Origin: Phoronis australis
Lineage: Eukaryota > Animalia > Phoronida
Assembly (NCBI GenBank): GCA_002633005.1
Contig: NMRA01000762.1
Coordinates: 1 to 64,000 of the forward strand
Direction: 5' to 3'
DNA length: 64,000 nucleotides
The notes beneath the pieces are model-generated. The model ran no database searches. It was not told the DNA's origin and saw nothing but the letters and a program-made list of their open reading frames with translations. Made by a program: the position numbers and the translations under genes. Below are positions 13,701 to 26,582 of this stretch, piece by piece (the first letter of the stretch is position 1; every line of letters begins with the position of its first letter).

Positions 13701-16700
13701 ACGATGTCAGGCATCCCAGAGTTGCTGCTTGCAAGTTAAAATCTAGGGTGTCTAAATATGGGCCAGAGTGTCCATTTGGATGTCTTGGACACTTTTTAGA
13801 TGAATTAAGGCCTGTGTAATGTCCTCTATTGACATACTCTACAATGTAATGTATTATTTCAGCCTGCATATGACCGGGACTGACAGCGTGCAGAAGTGGC
13901 TTGAAGACCTGCGCCTGATGACGGAGACTGAGTGTATGTGTGTTCTGCAGGGCAAATCACTCAGTAAAGAGGGAAGTGAACCACGCTTGTCACCCTGTAA
14001 ATCTGTCAAGGGTAGGTCACTTTCTTCAATTGGTTTTCCGTTATATAGATTTTAGGACTGTCATCTTTTTGAAATGTATAACTATTGAATTTTTTCTAGT
14101 TAGAGTCATTTACACTTGTGTTAATAATGAGATTCAACATATTCTCAGGCTCTCAAAAATCTGCAACTGTTGTTTCTCCTTATGTATGACTTATTTCTTT
14201 TTACAAATGCAAGACGAGACATTGAAATATACCCGTGTCCCAACATAATAGTCACCCTAGCTGTGACTCGGCGATAAGCACCCACGATCTCACATTTAGC
14301 ATGAATTGAGTATCAGGTTTTGCTTCATATGTTGCTCATGACTTCAAAGTGTGTGTGCATATGATTGCATGTATTTCTTCTACAATTTGCCAGAACGTTT
14401 AAGTATTTTTAACTTAATTAGTTGATTAGCTCTCACAAGATGAGAATTTTGAGGAAAAGTCACATCATAGTAGTGATCAAAGATCTGTAAAGGACGTCAA
14501 TTAACTTCTTAAGAAGTTTTAAGTGTTGTTGATTGTGTTTATGAAGTTGCTGTATTGCCTTAATACTGTAATTACTTCGTTAGCGTGGTGTCAGGGCTTT
14601 TATCGTAGCTAAATCAGCCCAACATAATTTCCTGTTTGAAGATTTTTTCAAAATGTAATTGTCAGTCATAATGAGTGCAAGCATGTGATCACACAACATC
14701 AGCGTTTTTATTTAGTTGACACATGATTGGTACCCCATTCACACTGAAGACTTAAAGCGATTTAAAATCGGTTTGGGTTCAAATGGGTTTGGAAAGCATG
14801 TGTAACTGGCAGCAGTTTAGCTCAAATCGATTCACCATTAACCTGTCCATGGAGATGATTTTGAATCGATTTAACCTCAACTGATTCCCGACTTGTGACA
14901 TGTGAATTATCCACAGTTGAATTGAATGGATGGTGGAAGTGATGTATGCTTGTGCACATGCATGTGCAGATCAAGGTTTCTGTATCTATGCTTGTGCATA
15001 TGCAGATCAAAGTTTCTGTATCTACCTCTGTCCACGAGAAGCATGATTGTTGCAAAACCATGACCCTCTTTTCTTATCACTTGACTGTATTCATGGGATT
15101 TCCGAAGAACGAAGACTCAAAAAAAAAATACGCTAACACTGTGAAAGCAATCCAGTTGTCTGCCATTTATTTGGAAGCTCTTGACAGACAGGTGAGAAGT
15201 GGGCAGACGTTGGATTGTTTAAGCCGATTTGGTCCATTTAGTGTGAATGGGACTGAGAAGAGTTGACTTCAGCCAATCAAGATAAATCAATTCTAAATAA
15301 ACCTATTTCAAACTTCAATACACGAATATGTGTAAGGGTAGATTTGATAACTGCATAGTATATAGCTAAATATTGTTTGGGACAGTTTAACGTTTCCAAT
15401 GGTTTTAAGTAATGCAGCTTTGCATTTATTATTCTTTAGAATGTAATTTTATATCTTGAAATATAGACTAACATACTGGTTTTATTGGCAAAGGTTGTCC
15501 TTATTTTGGAAATCTCTTGAATTAGCTATTCAAGTTTGTCTCACTGTTAAAGTCATGAGTTCTTTGGACTATCAGATAGCCTCTATCATGTCATGTAGAA
15601 AGAAGTAAAACACCTTAAAATTAGATAAAAAAATCACTAACATTTGAGTCTTAATGAGTGTGTCGCTTCATCAGGTGTGAAGACGTGTGGCAATAGGCTT
15701 CCTTATACCAGCCTGTTTAGAACTTGTTATATTTATTACCCGAAACTAATTCAAATATGGAATTTGTAGCTTTAAAGTTGCAACTAAGATTTGTAATTAA
15801 TTTTATAGGCTCGGATACGTAAGGTTGCCCCAAGTTGTTACTTGACCAGCTAAAATGTCCCTAACAACCCAACACCTAGATCTGCGATTGCACTCGCAAC
15901 CTGTGTGACATACAATGAATCTTTGTATCTTATCATCCCTGCTTAACAAGCCCATCTGTGTTTCATGCCTGATTCACTATGGTATCAACCAGCTCAGCTT
16001 AACTGAGATGCCTGGAGTCCTTAGCAGGACCTGTACTGTAACTGTTGTATGTAGACCTTGGAATTGTGTTAAAAGTATGGTGACATCTGCATGGCGGTTA
16101 AATCGCATGTTGTTCCCCCAAAACTAAGACAGTTTGTGATTTGCTCAGAAATTTCTACCACCCCGACTACAGTACTAGCCAAAAGTGAACAAACAAACTG
16201 ACCCGTTATTATTGTTATTATCGGTCATGACTGCTGAGCGCTAGTGTCATTCCCATCAATTGTGGTTGATTATAAGCAGAAGTAAGCATCACAGTAGGTG
16301 GCCATCAGGAGGGGTAATTTACTGGAAATCTACTGCAATGGAAAAACTATCCAATATTCCTATAGTTTGAATGTAATCAATCGTAAACATCCCTTGTGAT
16401 ATTTTCACAAGATAAGACAAATTCAGCTGACTCATACACTGTTTACAATTAGGTCATCTGTTGCAACACTACTTCATTTCAGAGTTGTTGTTTCCATGGC
16501 AATTTACATAATAAACAGATACCAGGATTTTCCATTGATAAACCCACACCATGAAACACCCATGTATGTTTATTTTGTTTACAACTTCTGGCGTCAAGCA
16601 TCCAGATTGCGGGGTGTTTATTCGAATAATTTCTTCTCAAAAGCCCACTCAGTGTTAACTTTTAAACAGAAATTCAGTTTTGTGAAGCATTTGTCACTTA

Positions 16701-19700
16701 TACGAATGAACAACCTGACGAATTATGCATTTATTAACACAAAATTTAAAAACACAGTTTTAAGCAAAAATGTCAAAGTCAGCAAAACTATGGCTTTCCG
16801 TTTACACGCCCTCTTTTCTGAATAAACGCCCGGTCATTTATTTGGTGTTACTAAAACACCTTTTCCAAATACTCTCCCATGGGCTTATCTGCGGTAAATC
16901 CTGGTATATGTAATGTCCATCATCTATTTTCACATTTAAAAATTGGATTCTGGCAGAATCTCACATCCTTGTTGATGTCTGTTCCGATGTTTACAACACG
17001 GACCTCGCCCTCATGAAAATTGCTATTTGCTGCATCCTGCTGTCGTTGGTTCTTTCTGCCCAACCTGACATAAAGAAACATTTTGAGTGAAGTAGTGTGA
17101 ATTATGTTATTAATTAATTCTATGTATTGTTTCTTGAATTTGTTATGAAGTGACAGCGCCAAGAAATATTGTTACCTGTAGTTTGAATAGTCCCTGGTTC
17201 TTTATTAAGATGGCTACATATTGCTTATCTAGTACGTCAAAAATGAGCCTGGATACAGTATTGAAAAATATAGGTTGCCCGTGAATAGAAATTACAAATA
17301 AAATATATTTTATTCATAAGCTAGTTAGTATAAAAATAAACGTGGCCAGTTTTCGTCTGATACTGTTCATTTCGGGGAAACCTTTTATACCGCAAACATA
17401 ACAATCTGTCTTTTAACTCGTATTTCTGGAATGGCAAACCATAATGATAACAGCTACATCAGAAGTAACACATAGTGCGTAACTATTGACATGGTAAGTG
17501 TCTTAGAGTTTGGCACTGAGACTACAACTAAGTTTGGTACTGAGACTATAAAGCAATAATACTGGAAATTGCACTTCATCTTGGTGCGATTTCTGTGTCT
17601 CCCTATGTATATTTAGACTACAGGCCAACCTCTAGCACCACTTCAGTGTGGTCCCATCCCCTTGAGCACACAACAGGTTCTAGTACTTTGTAGGAAGCGT
17701 TTGTCATGGCGTAACAATGAATTCTTTGTTGTCCGTATTTTGTTTAGGTTTTCACATGTTCATAGTATAATAGATGTGAAAATGTATATCAAACTGGTCC
17801 ATTTAACACATCTAAAGTGACCAAAACACCTGTAGGGTTGAAGTGTACCTGTGGTAATAAGAGCTGAAGGGTTCATGTTTTGTAAATGGGGGCTGTTAAA
17901 AGGATGTTAAACCCTGCTTTGAAGATTTACCTATTGCAACTTTGTCGCCTGTTGTGGTGATGTAAATGTATGGTATAGTGGGATGTAGCATGCCCGCATT
18001 TTGAGAACAAATTTTCTTCACTGAATAACGAGCACGAAGCTGGTTCTGAAAATATGGGCGCGTTATGTCTGACTATACTGCCAGCGGCATTGTGCAGCTA
18101 AAACACTTTCTCATTATAACACCAATTGAATTTGATTCTGTTGTTAGAGGTGGGTGATCATTCCTCACACCTTTCAGTTAACTCATCTGAAACGTTGTCA
18201 ATGCACGTCGAATCAGGTGACTCTTATGATTTCTTATGCTCTAAACTACTCAGGATTGAGAGAATTATTTTGTAACAACCCTTTGAATAGTATGGTTGCG
18301 TTTTTATATCTACCAATATGATTTGAAACTGGATTTGGTATTTTTTGAAGTCCTTGGTAATCAAAAATGATTGACGTGTACCTGGAAGTCAAGCATTAGG
18401 CTTTTTCAAGATTTTACTGGGGATTTTCTGGAATGTGTTCACACTTTTTCTGGTCTTCACAAACTAGTAAATCCTTGAAGTTATGTAGAACTGTATCGAC
18501 AACTGTGAATTTAGCCAAATGTTTAAAAAACTATGGAAATTTACTTTGTAAAAGTAAAAATTTTCTGAAAGGAGAAAGCCTGTAGACTTTTATACCAATA
18601 TGTCTTCAATAAGGTTATGTGACCAGGATTTTTTGGTGTTAACGTGACAAAAAGGAAATATTCTTTCATAGGAAAATAACGATCAGTAACGTTACCAAAT
18701 TTCATTTAATATAAATGTTCGTAATCTAATCTCAAAAATCCTGTTACACTTTTCTAAAATATCTTTCCCTTTTTGTTTTATGTAATTTTTGTTGTTTCTT
18801 CATAAACATAAATGTCCATCGTGCAAAAGCGGAACACTTTAAAAACAATTTCTAACATTTTGGAAAATGTTGCATAAGTACAGTGTGTGATAGTTTCAAA
18901 TTAATCCCATCACAGATTTCTTAGATAAAATTTTTCAAAGTTAGTCAAATTTGGTAATTTTTTAGCCTTACATAGCCTTTATTGTCGAAAAATTTTCTCC
19001 ATTTCAACTAGGGTAAAATCTCACCAATTTCAGACTAAAATAATTACCAAAACATCACTTTCTTCATTTCAAGGGCTTCTGACATTGGTATGAATATCCA
19101 CAATTTTTCAAAATATTGTCCATCAGTAGGTGTGGTATAAAATTTGAAAATAGCAAAGGATCATTTTTGCACTACGCATAAATCATGAAAAAATGAAAAC
19201 ATAAAGTTTCACATGTTCACCACACTAATGACATTTACCAACCTTACTCTCAGGTCATCTTACTGTGAACTAGCTTCAGATCCCAATAAGTGCAATTCTT
19301 TTTACCGTGTTGTGTTCTACTAAACAGCAGTCACTATATTAAGCACTTGGAAAAGTTTGGTTATTTTTTTGTATTGAAGGCTGTCCTTGCAAAGTGCAAA
19401 AATGTCAAAGGTTGGCATTCATTTTTGTTAACTAGTTCATGAATACTTTAACAAACTGTACTCTGTTCACATGGCGTCTTTACTGTGTCTTGTTACTTTC
19501 AGAAATAATTGACACCATCAAAAGCAGAGCTCACATAGCAAGCTCTGAATTTGCCAAAGTGTTCAAGTAAGTACTACTTGCTATCTTCCTAAAAAACACA
19601 AACCAGTTTTAATACAAAACTACCGTAAACCACAGTTTGGTGCTGAACATTAAAGATCAGTCACCCCACACTCCTTTTTGGGATGTGTGAGCTCATCATG

Positions 19701-22700
19701 ATGTTCTGGTAAAAGGTTCATGTTTTGAATGTCTGGAATCATGTAACTTTGGCCAAACATGGCTAGAACGCGATACCGTCCTCGGGGGGAGGGGGGGGGG
19801 GTCTTACAGCTGGTACTTAGTCAGTTTCTGCTCATTTCGTGTTGCATTTTCAAGACTTCCAAGAACTATCTTGGTGTGGCAGGTTTTCTCACTTCACATT
19901 TTAATGGATATGTGGGTGTAGTGTTATTCCTTGTTATTGAGCTAATTTGTGTTACTTAAGTTAGTGCTTGCTGGAACTAATTAACATATAACATTCAATT
20001 TTCACATCACTTGGTGTTTTGTCTAGTGACTTGATTGATTTGCATTTCATTTATTCGACGTGCATACACACCTTGTTAGCATACACATATATATTCTCAC
20101 CTTTAATAGAATTGATAGTCAAACAGAACAGAGTTATAATTAATGATCTGTATATTGAGTCCTGGAGAAGCACACACACCTCTGTTTTTTTCCTATTTGT
20201 CTTACTGGTTATCAATCACAATGAATCATGAATCTGTCGTATGCTGCATTTCAAAAAATATGTTACGTGACAGGTTCTTTTTTTCTTAAAATTATCAAAG
20301 GATGTTGATGCGTACGCCATTATTGACCCCAAGCATGACTTCTTGGTACTGTCTACATAACTTAAAATAGGACTTGTCCATCACAAGACTGTGTGACACG
20401 CCCACTAAGTGTAGCTTGCACATGTCTGTGTGACACGCTGCCCGCCCACTAAATACTGTTGTTGTCAATCGCATTGCACTGCATTTGGAATGAGTAGGCC
20501 GGTCTTCAAATTGACAAACTAGTCTTGCCAACTATTTTGTTCTGTGGACAGCCTAGGAAACAATTTTGACTTAATTAAAAGAACTCTTTGTTTGTGATCT
20601 TTTCGTGTGTTTTGCCTGATTAGATAGACGGGTTGTCCACCTCGGGTGATAAATGACCATGGCAACAATGGCTACAAGAACACTTCGCCATTGTTACCTG
20701 ATTCTGAATGTTTTCGCTTTTCTAGAAAATTGGACAAAGAGAGGTGGAAACATGTTAAAACAGGAGCAGTCCGTTTGACTCAGCACATCAGGAGTTTGAT
20801 ACACGAGTGTAATTCCAGTGTTTATGAGCCGTCACAGTATCTGTATGAGGTAGGACCACTAGAAAAGCACAGATGAGTCAGCGAGTATGTGTTTATATGG
20901 GCTACAGTCATTTGACTCTAATGGCTCTTGCAGTGTAAAATTTGCTTTTAGATTTGGAATGTACAAAGCACGTCAGACTTTATAATCAAAGTGGATTGCT
21001 GTGATGGCTTTTGCCGGCCTTGTTTATTGATTGACATTCATTGAATTTGTTGGAGGAAGTTGGAAATCAGCGTTATGTAATATAATGGTCACTGTGGACC
21101 ATGTTTTTATGTTATTGTTTTGTTCTTCAGGAAGAGGAACTTGTTCTTCAACATTGTGCCAGTCTTGTAGAGTACACAGAAAGGTAGGGTGGCTTTCGTC
21201 ATTGAATGGGCTCGGGCGAAATCTTTCAAGTAAAAATAACTGCTGAAATTATACATTCTTCATTTTATAAAAGATTCAACATTATCTTATAATAATTTTT
21301 TTTTGAATTACTGTATGGCATTAGCTGTGAGGCCGTTCCAAGAAAACTGACTCAATGAAGTCAAATCTTAAATTTAAGTTAATTTTAAGATGGAGCTTCA
21401 ATTTGTCTTAAGTCTGTTCCAAGAAATTGATCTTAAGTTTGACTTAAGTTTTTGGCTTAAGTTTTGCCTTAAGTTTGACTAACTTTCCGGATATAGAAGT
21501 TGGAAGTTGAAACAAATCTTAGACTTAAGTCAGAAATGAACTTAAGACAATTTCTTTGAACGGCCCATGGAACAGAAATTGAAAATGATAAAGTAAGAAA
21601 TAAAGTGCCATTTCCATTTCTTCCATATTGTTTCATAAATAAGTGATATTTTACCAGTTATTGCTGTTCTTAATTTCTGGGCATTTTCTATATCTTGGCC
21701 ATCTTTCACAATGTGAGAAAATACATAAATATTACCATTCCGATTTGAGAAACTGTATTGGATTGTGTATCTCTTTGTGATGTGAAGACGAAATAGTTGT
21801 GACTGTTGTCAGATATAATTTCTGTCTTCATTTTCAATTTCCTAAATAGAATTCGAGTGTCTGTTTAAACATATGCACAAGTGTACCAAAATTCATGGTG
21901 AAAAAATAAGACACGGTATGATTAACGTATGGAAGTACTACAAATGCAACAGCAGTCTGTACTCTATGTGATTTTATTAAATGAGTTTTGACTAATCAGT
22001 TCTTGTGTCCTTGTCTGTGTTTCAGCATTGACATCAATGGTTTCCCGTCGTCTCATAAAATCCATGTTGCCAACATCCTGACTGCCCTGGGCCATTCATT
22101 CAGTGTCATGGTGGACACAGCTCTTGGCCATTTCATAGTGGTGTGTAGTCTTAGGAATAGTGCAGTGCTGAATTGGTTAAACTGAATTTGTGGATTTGAA
22201 CATCGTAAAGTGGCTATAAACCCAGGTTCTGTTAAAGAATTTATCTAACTTTTGATTTTGACCACTTGCTGCTATGAAATTGATCTCATCTTATTAGAAT
22301 AGTAAATCTTGATTAGGTGAGGAAATATAGATCACAAACATTGTGGCCTGCACGCCACCTGATGGCCACATCACACTTACATTTCATTTTGTCACGGACC
22401 TAACTTAAAAATGTCGGTTAGCAACTGGTTTCAGGACTAAGAAAATACTGACTGTAGTATTGCTTGGGACTAGGTTCTATAAGTGTGGTTTGCACGCCAC
22501 CTGATGGCCACATCAGACTTATGTTTCATTAGGTCACGTGACATGGCCAACAGGTGGCGTGCAGACCCGACTTAAAAATGTTTGTGATCTTGTTCCTAAC
22601 TCAGCATCTAGCTGGTTTCACGGCTACAAAAATAGTGACAGTAGTATTGTTTGGAACTATGTTCTACAAGTTGGTACAACTTGCCCCTGACCATCCGAAC

Positions 22701-25700
22701 ATCCACACAGCATATCTACCTCCAGTATCAAAGCAGAAATGATAAGAAGGAACTCTGTTCACAAATCACAAATTCCACACATCCTTTCTCTAGATCAGAG
22801 ATTGTGCTGCAATTTTATTTATTTATTTTTATAAAGTTTCTGTAACCAGTTTTATTTTATCTCAGTTTTGCTCAACCCATGAGACAGTTCCTTCTCTTTG
22901 ATAGCATTTTGATTCAGAGTTGTTTAAGTGTCTTGGTACTAAGTGACCCAGTGCTAGTAATGGTTGCGATACTAAGTGTATGCTAAGTGTATGCTAAATG
23001 TATACTAAGTGTATGTGTTTCAGGTTCTGGTTGACACCATTGAGCACCCATCCAGTGCTTTTGATGTGTCTGAAGCCATCAGCAGTCTGATCACTCTGGG
23101 AATGGAGGGAGAGCACATGTGTTTTGTCATTTCAAGGGTATGTAGATGCCATATGGTGGGGAATGATAAAAACATGGTATATTCAACAGGGCTAGTGCCT
23201 GTGACTTAAGTTGCTTATGGAAATGGAATACAATCACCTTTTGAGAATGATTTCGTGAGAGTAAGAGGCCTAATTCGAATTTCATTTTACCCTTCTAAAC
23301 AGGACAAAATGCAACTTTGAATAATGTGTGCACTACTATTAAATGATTGAGCAGGATAAGAGTCTACATACCTTTGTTTACAGGAAGGTGGAGTGCGAGC
23401 GTTGTTCAATCTATGTCGTAGCCAAACTATAGAACTAAACTGTGCCCAGGCCCTGCGTGCTGTGGCCACAGTCTGCTGTGTACCTGAGAGTGTGATGGAA
23501 CTGGAGCAGGTAAGTAATTACCTGGCAACCTTGTCAGTTGTATTCTTCCTTGTGTCTTGGTGGTTCGTGAATGAGAAATAGAGAGGGAGGGAGGGAGGGA
23601 GGGAGTTGTAGAAGGTGCGTGAAAAATTAAATAAAGTACTAGAACTTACAATGCACTCATATTAGCAACTGTGTGTCGGCATCTTTTAGACTTCAGATTG
23701 ACCACTGATGCTTTAACCATTAGATGGAGCTTTGGTCAGGTAAATTCCCTTACTACAACTTTGTCGTTCTTTGGAAATCCCCTCGGAGTTAATCTTTGCT
23801 CATGTCTAAAAACTGTTCACTGTTCTTAATTGAATTTGTTATATTCAGTGGGTACAACTGCGGTGATTGTTTCAGGCCAATGGCATGGAATGTTTGACTG
23901 AGATACTGTCCAGCCCGGCTTTGAGTGAAATGGTCAGGTCGGAGGCAGCTGGGGTCATTGCACAGATAACTTCACCCTCATTGGATCATTATCATCATGT
24001 GACCGGTTTCCTGGAAAACATGGATGATCTCATTAGGTCCCTGACTGGTATGTGATGTCACTGGTGAAATAGATTCTTCATTGTCTCCTGAAGTCATGTT
24101 AAAAAATATATATGTAAGCTCACTTACTAGGGGACGAGGTCTAACGTTTCTTGGAAAGCAGTGCTCTTACTCAAATATTATCAGTTTATTCCAATAGATA
24201 GATATAATTGATAGATAAATAAATAGATTACCAAATAATGTCATTCCACTGCAGTTCTGTGTGAAGAGGCGACCACCCACGAAGTATTCCTATTGGCAAC
24301 TGCTGCAATGGCCAACATCACCTTTGTGGATAGTTTGGCATGTGACTTCCTCTTGCAATACAACACAGCGGCCATCTTGGTTCAGGCTTGTCAGATGAAC
24401 AAAGCTCAGTCGCCATTTGCAAAAGACCAGGTATAATTAGTGCTGCTTAATCAAGTAATATTTAGAAAACTCATTTCCCTATTGTTATGTTTTTTTGTTG
24501 GTCATCTTGCTGTTTTGTATTATAGTGTGTTTTTAAGATGAACATTTAGACTCCTAAAGTCATTGCGGGATCAGATCCCACACCGATGAGCCCTTGAGTA
24601 AGGTCTCTTAGTTTATGGGGCATTTGTGTGTATTCTCATGTGGAATGTGGCGTATTGCTTTACATTGTTTGTGTATCTATGAGAGGACTTTGTTGTAAAT
24701 TATTAAAGATGTGTTATCATCCTCTATAAATAAAGTTTATTATTATTGTTGTTATTGTTATTGTTATAAACTAAACTATTTGCGCACGCTTAAGTGTGTT
24801 CCTTAAATTCCCAAGGAATTTTTTTTCCTGCACAATGCTGTGCAGCTTGTTAGCTGTATCATATGAAACGTCTGGTGCTATGTAACGACTGGTGGTTTGT
24901 TTTGTGTCCAGGTGGCTACCATCCTAGCCAACATGGCTAACCTGGATAACTGTTGGCGGGAGATTACAGACAACAGTGGCATTGAACTGCTGCTGCACTT
25001 CCTGCAAGAGCGACCGATGTTGTACGACACGGAGGCTGAGGGGAGCGCATGTGAACGAGTCCAGCAGAAAGCTGCCATAGCTCTGACCAGACTGAGTAGA
25101 GACAGTAACAATGCACAGATTATTGTTGAATTACAAGGTTAGTGCTGCCATCTATGGGGGGCTGTCAGATGACTTGACTCGGTTGGGATCCTAACAACAC
25201 AAGCATGATTGTAGAATACACAATAGTGCTGCCATCTATGGATGACTGTCAGATGACTACTGGGTTGTGATCCTAACTATGCACCCATTGTAGAACAAAC
25301 AAGGTGATGACCAACTGGACTTTCAAATTGATATGGTTACGTAACCCAACCATTGCTTAAGGGATTGGGTGGGGTGAATAACAAAATGATAAATTTAAAA
25401 TATGGAACAGATTATTCATAGAATGGGTGTACTTTCTCATTATGTTTGTGTCACCCTGTAGGAATTATGCATAGATGTACTTTCTCACTCTGTTTGTGTC
25501 ACCCTGTAGGCATTATGCATTGGTGTACATTCTCATTATGTTTGTGTCACCCTGTAGGAATCCCTCGTCTAATCATCCTCTGTAAAAACGCCAATGAAAG
25601 GAACAACAGCGATGCAGTGTTGGTCGCTTGCTTGGTAAGTAGTGGCAGGCCACGCCCACCAATATACACGTACAGTAACGCTCACTAATATTGCATCCAA

Positions 25701-25995
25701 CCAGTGATGTATTTGCACTAAGGTTAATACATCAGCGCATGTGTACGAACGATAAAACTCACTTTAGCCACATCCAACCACCACTGTATTTCGATTGATA
25801 ATATGGATTCAGCCTTTAATGTGGAAGTGCCTTTTGTTGACAAAGTTGGCCGTCCAATTTCAGACTTGCATCCGAAAGTTAGCCGAAGCCGCTGGTCATG
25901 AGAATTTCTCACGCTCGGAGATTCGTCAGCTGATCACCCCTCGACTACTCGACTCATTTCTGCTGTGTTCACAGATGGAGGAAAGCTTTGTGTAA
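10796..25995 (+). CDS. INSC: Protein inscuteable homolog (about 544 aa), spindle-orientation adaptor
   Basis: Phase-consistent exons: 10796-10902, 13863-14011, 19503-19566, 20726-20849, 21131-21183, 22026-22140, 23024-23137, 23384-23509, 23876-24047, 24255-24430, 24912-25137, 25558-25634, 25864-25995. Contains the LGN/Pins-binding peptide RLHMTGTDSVQKWLEDLRLMTETECMCVLQGK (human RLHLMQVDSVQRWMEDLKLMTECECMCVLQAK), armadillo-like helical repeats, and the C-terminal PDZ-binding EESFV as in vertebrate INSC. Confidence 0.95.
11010..12180 (+). mobile_element. Old dispersed repeat, copy 1 (related to about 12700-13310 in direct and about 18460-19225 in inverted orientation)
   Basis: Shared blocks such as TAGGACC.TA.AAAA.TGTC.AAATTTGGCTAA and CCACAC.TACTGA.GGACAATATTTTGA, seen by eye. 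Boundaries approximate. Confidence 0.65.
12700..13310 (+). mobile_element. Old dispersed repeat, copy 2
   Basis: Similar to 11570-12180 (e.g. taggaccatagaaaaatgtccaaatttggctaac; tgctaaattttactaaaac). Confidence 0.6.
13497..13814. mobile_element. MITE with CAGG...CCTG termini (hAT-like)
   Basis: CAGGGGTTAATTCA ... TGAATTAAGGCCTG imperfect TIR; no clear TSD; ends 48 bp before the second INSC coding exon. Confidence 0.6.
14731..15253. mobile_element. MITE (PIF/Harbinger-like termini)
   Basis: CCCATTCACACT ... AGTGTGAATGGG inverted termini with subterminal similarity (cttaaa / tttaag, aaatcgg / ccgattt). Confidence 0.6.
16522..16904. mobile_element. Tc1/mariner-type MITE with TA target duplication
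   Basis: TA|CCAGGATTTTCCATTGATAAACCCA ... TGGGCTTATCTGCGGTAAATCCTGG|TA. Confidence 0.75.
18460..19225 (-). mobile_element. Old dispersed repeat, copy 3 (inverted)
   Basis: The reverse complement matches 11010-11200 and 11680-12170 (e.g. aaatattgtccatcagtaggtgtggtataaaatttgaaaat). Confidence 0.65.
21329..21566. mobile_element. MITE family rich in CTTAAG motifs, copy 1 (Harbinger-like)
   Basis: GGCCGTTCCAAGAAA ... TTTCTTTGAACGGCC TIRs; related copies at 48588-48790 and 55681-55916. Confidence 0.75.
22342..22670. repeat. Imperfect tandem duplication (about 142-bp first unit) carrying three CTCF-like motifs
   Basis: TGCACGCCACCTGATGGCCA at 22349 and 22491; inverted TGGCCAACAGGTGGCGTGCA at 22544. 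Confidence 0.75.
24535..24770 (+). mobile_element. Degenerate SINE with (TTA/TTG)n tail in an INSC intron
   Basis: B-box remnant GGATCAGATCCC, core-like CCCTTGAGTAAGG, then AATAAA followed by a simple-repeat tail. Confidence 0.4.
25428..25561 (+). repeat. 48-bp tandem repeat (three copies) containing the INSC splice acceptor
   Basis: TGTAC(T/A)TTCTCA...TGTTTGTGTCACCCTGTAG|G repeated with AG ends at 25461, 25509 and 25557. Confidence 0.95.
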
Positions 25996-26545
25996 AGCAG
26001 TGTTCCCACTTGTTAAATCTAGAGATGTTCAGATAGGCCATGCTCTTCGTTAGTTTCTAGTTGCCATTTCACTCACCACGTTTTATTCTAGAGCATCACT
26101 GATTGCCGAGTTAATTTATTAGCATTTCATCATTGTTAGTTTTAATTGCCTGTATAGTTTTGTAGTTTATTTTATTGTTCATTGCATCGTTTCACTGTAT
26201 GAATCAATATCTATTTTGTAATTTCTACACTTTCACTATTTATATATAACTGTTAGGTGTTTTTGTTGTACAGTAACACTCGCATAAGTTGGACATTCAA
26301 AACTTGAATTTTAGCTTAACTCAGACAAGACACCCATATACGGTTGTTTCAGTCCGTGCACTCAGCTTTCTGAAAAGTCAAATAATACTGTCTCATTTGG
26401 ATGAAATCTCTCTGGATCTGACTTATGCGAGTTACACTGAACTTAATTTGTTCTCCCATTCACTATTAGTGTTTATTTATCCTATGAGTATGTTGCACAT
26501 TGGTTAGCTTTAATTTATGACAATTCAGGGACGTGCGTTTTAAGT

Positions 26546-26582
26546 TATATATATATATATATATATGTATATGTGTGTGTGT
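26546..26582. repeat. (TA)n/(TG)n microsatellite in the putative INSC 3' UTR
   Basis: tatatatatatatatatatatgtatatgtgtgtgtgt. Confidence 0.9.

Noticed and set aside
17430-17499. Strong donor ATG|gtaagt suggesting another INSC exon
   Set aside because: The frame needed to join downstream exons has a TGA just before the donor and no clear acceptor was found.
25428-25561. CRISPR-like repeat array (also 57060-57200)
   Set aside because: Eukaryotic context, no unique spacers and no cas genes; these are tandem repeats.
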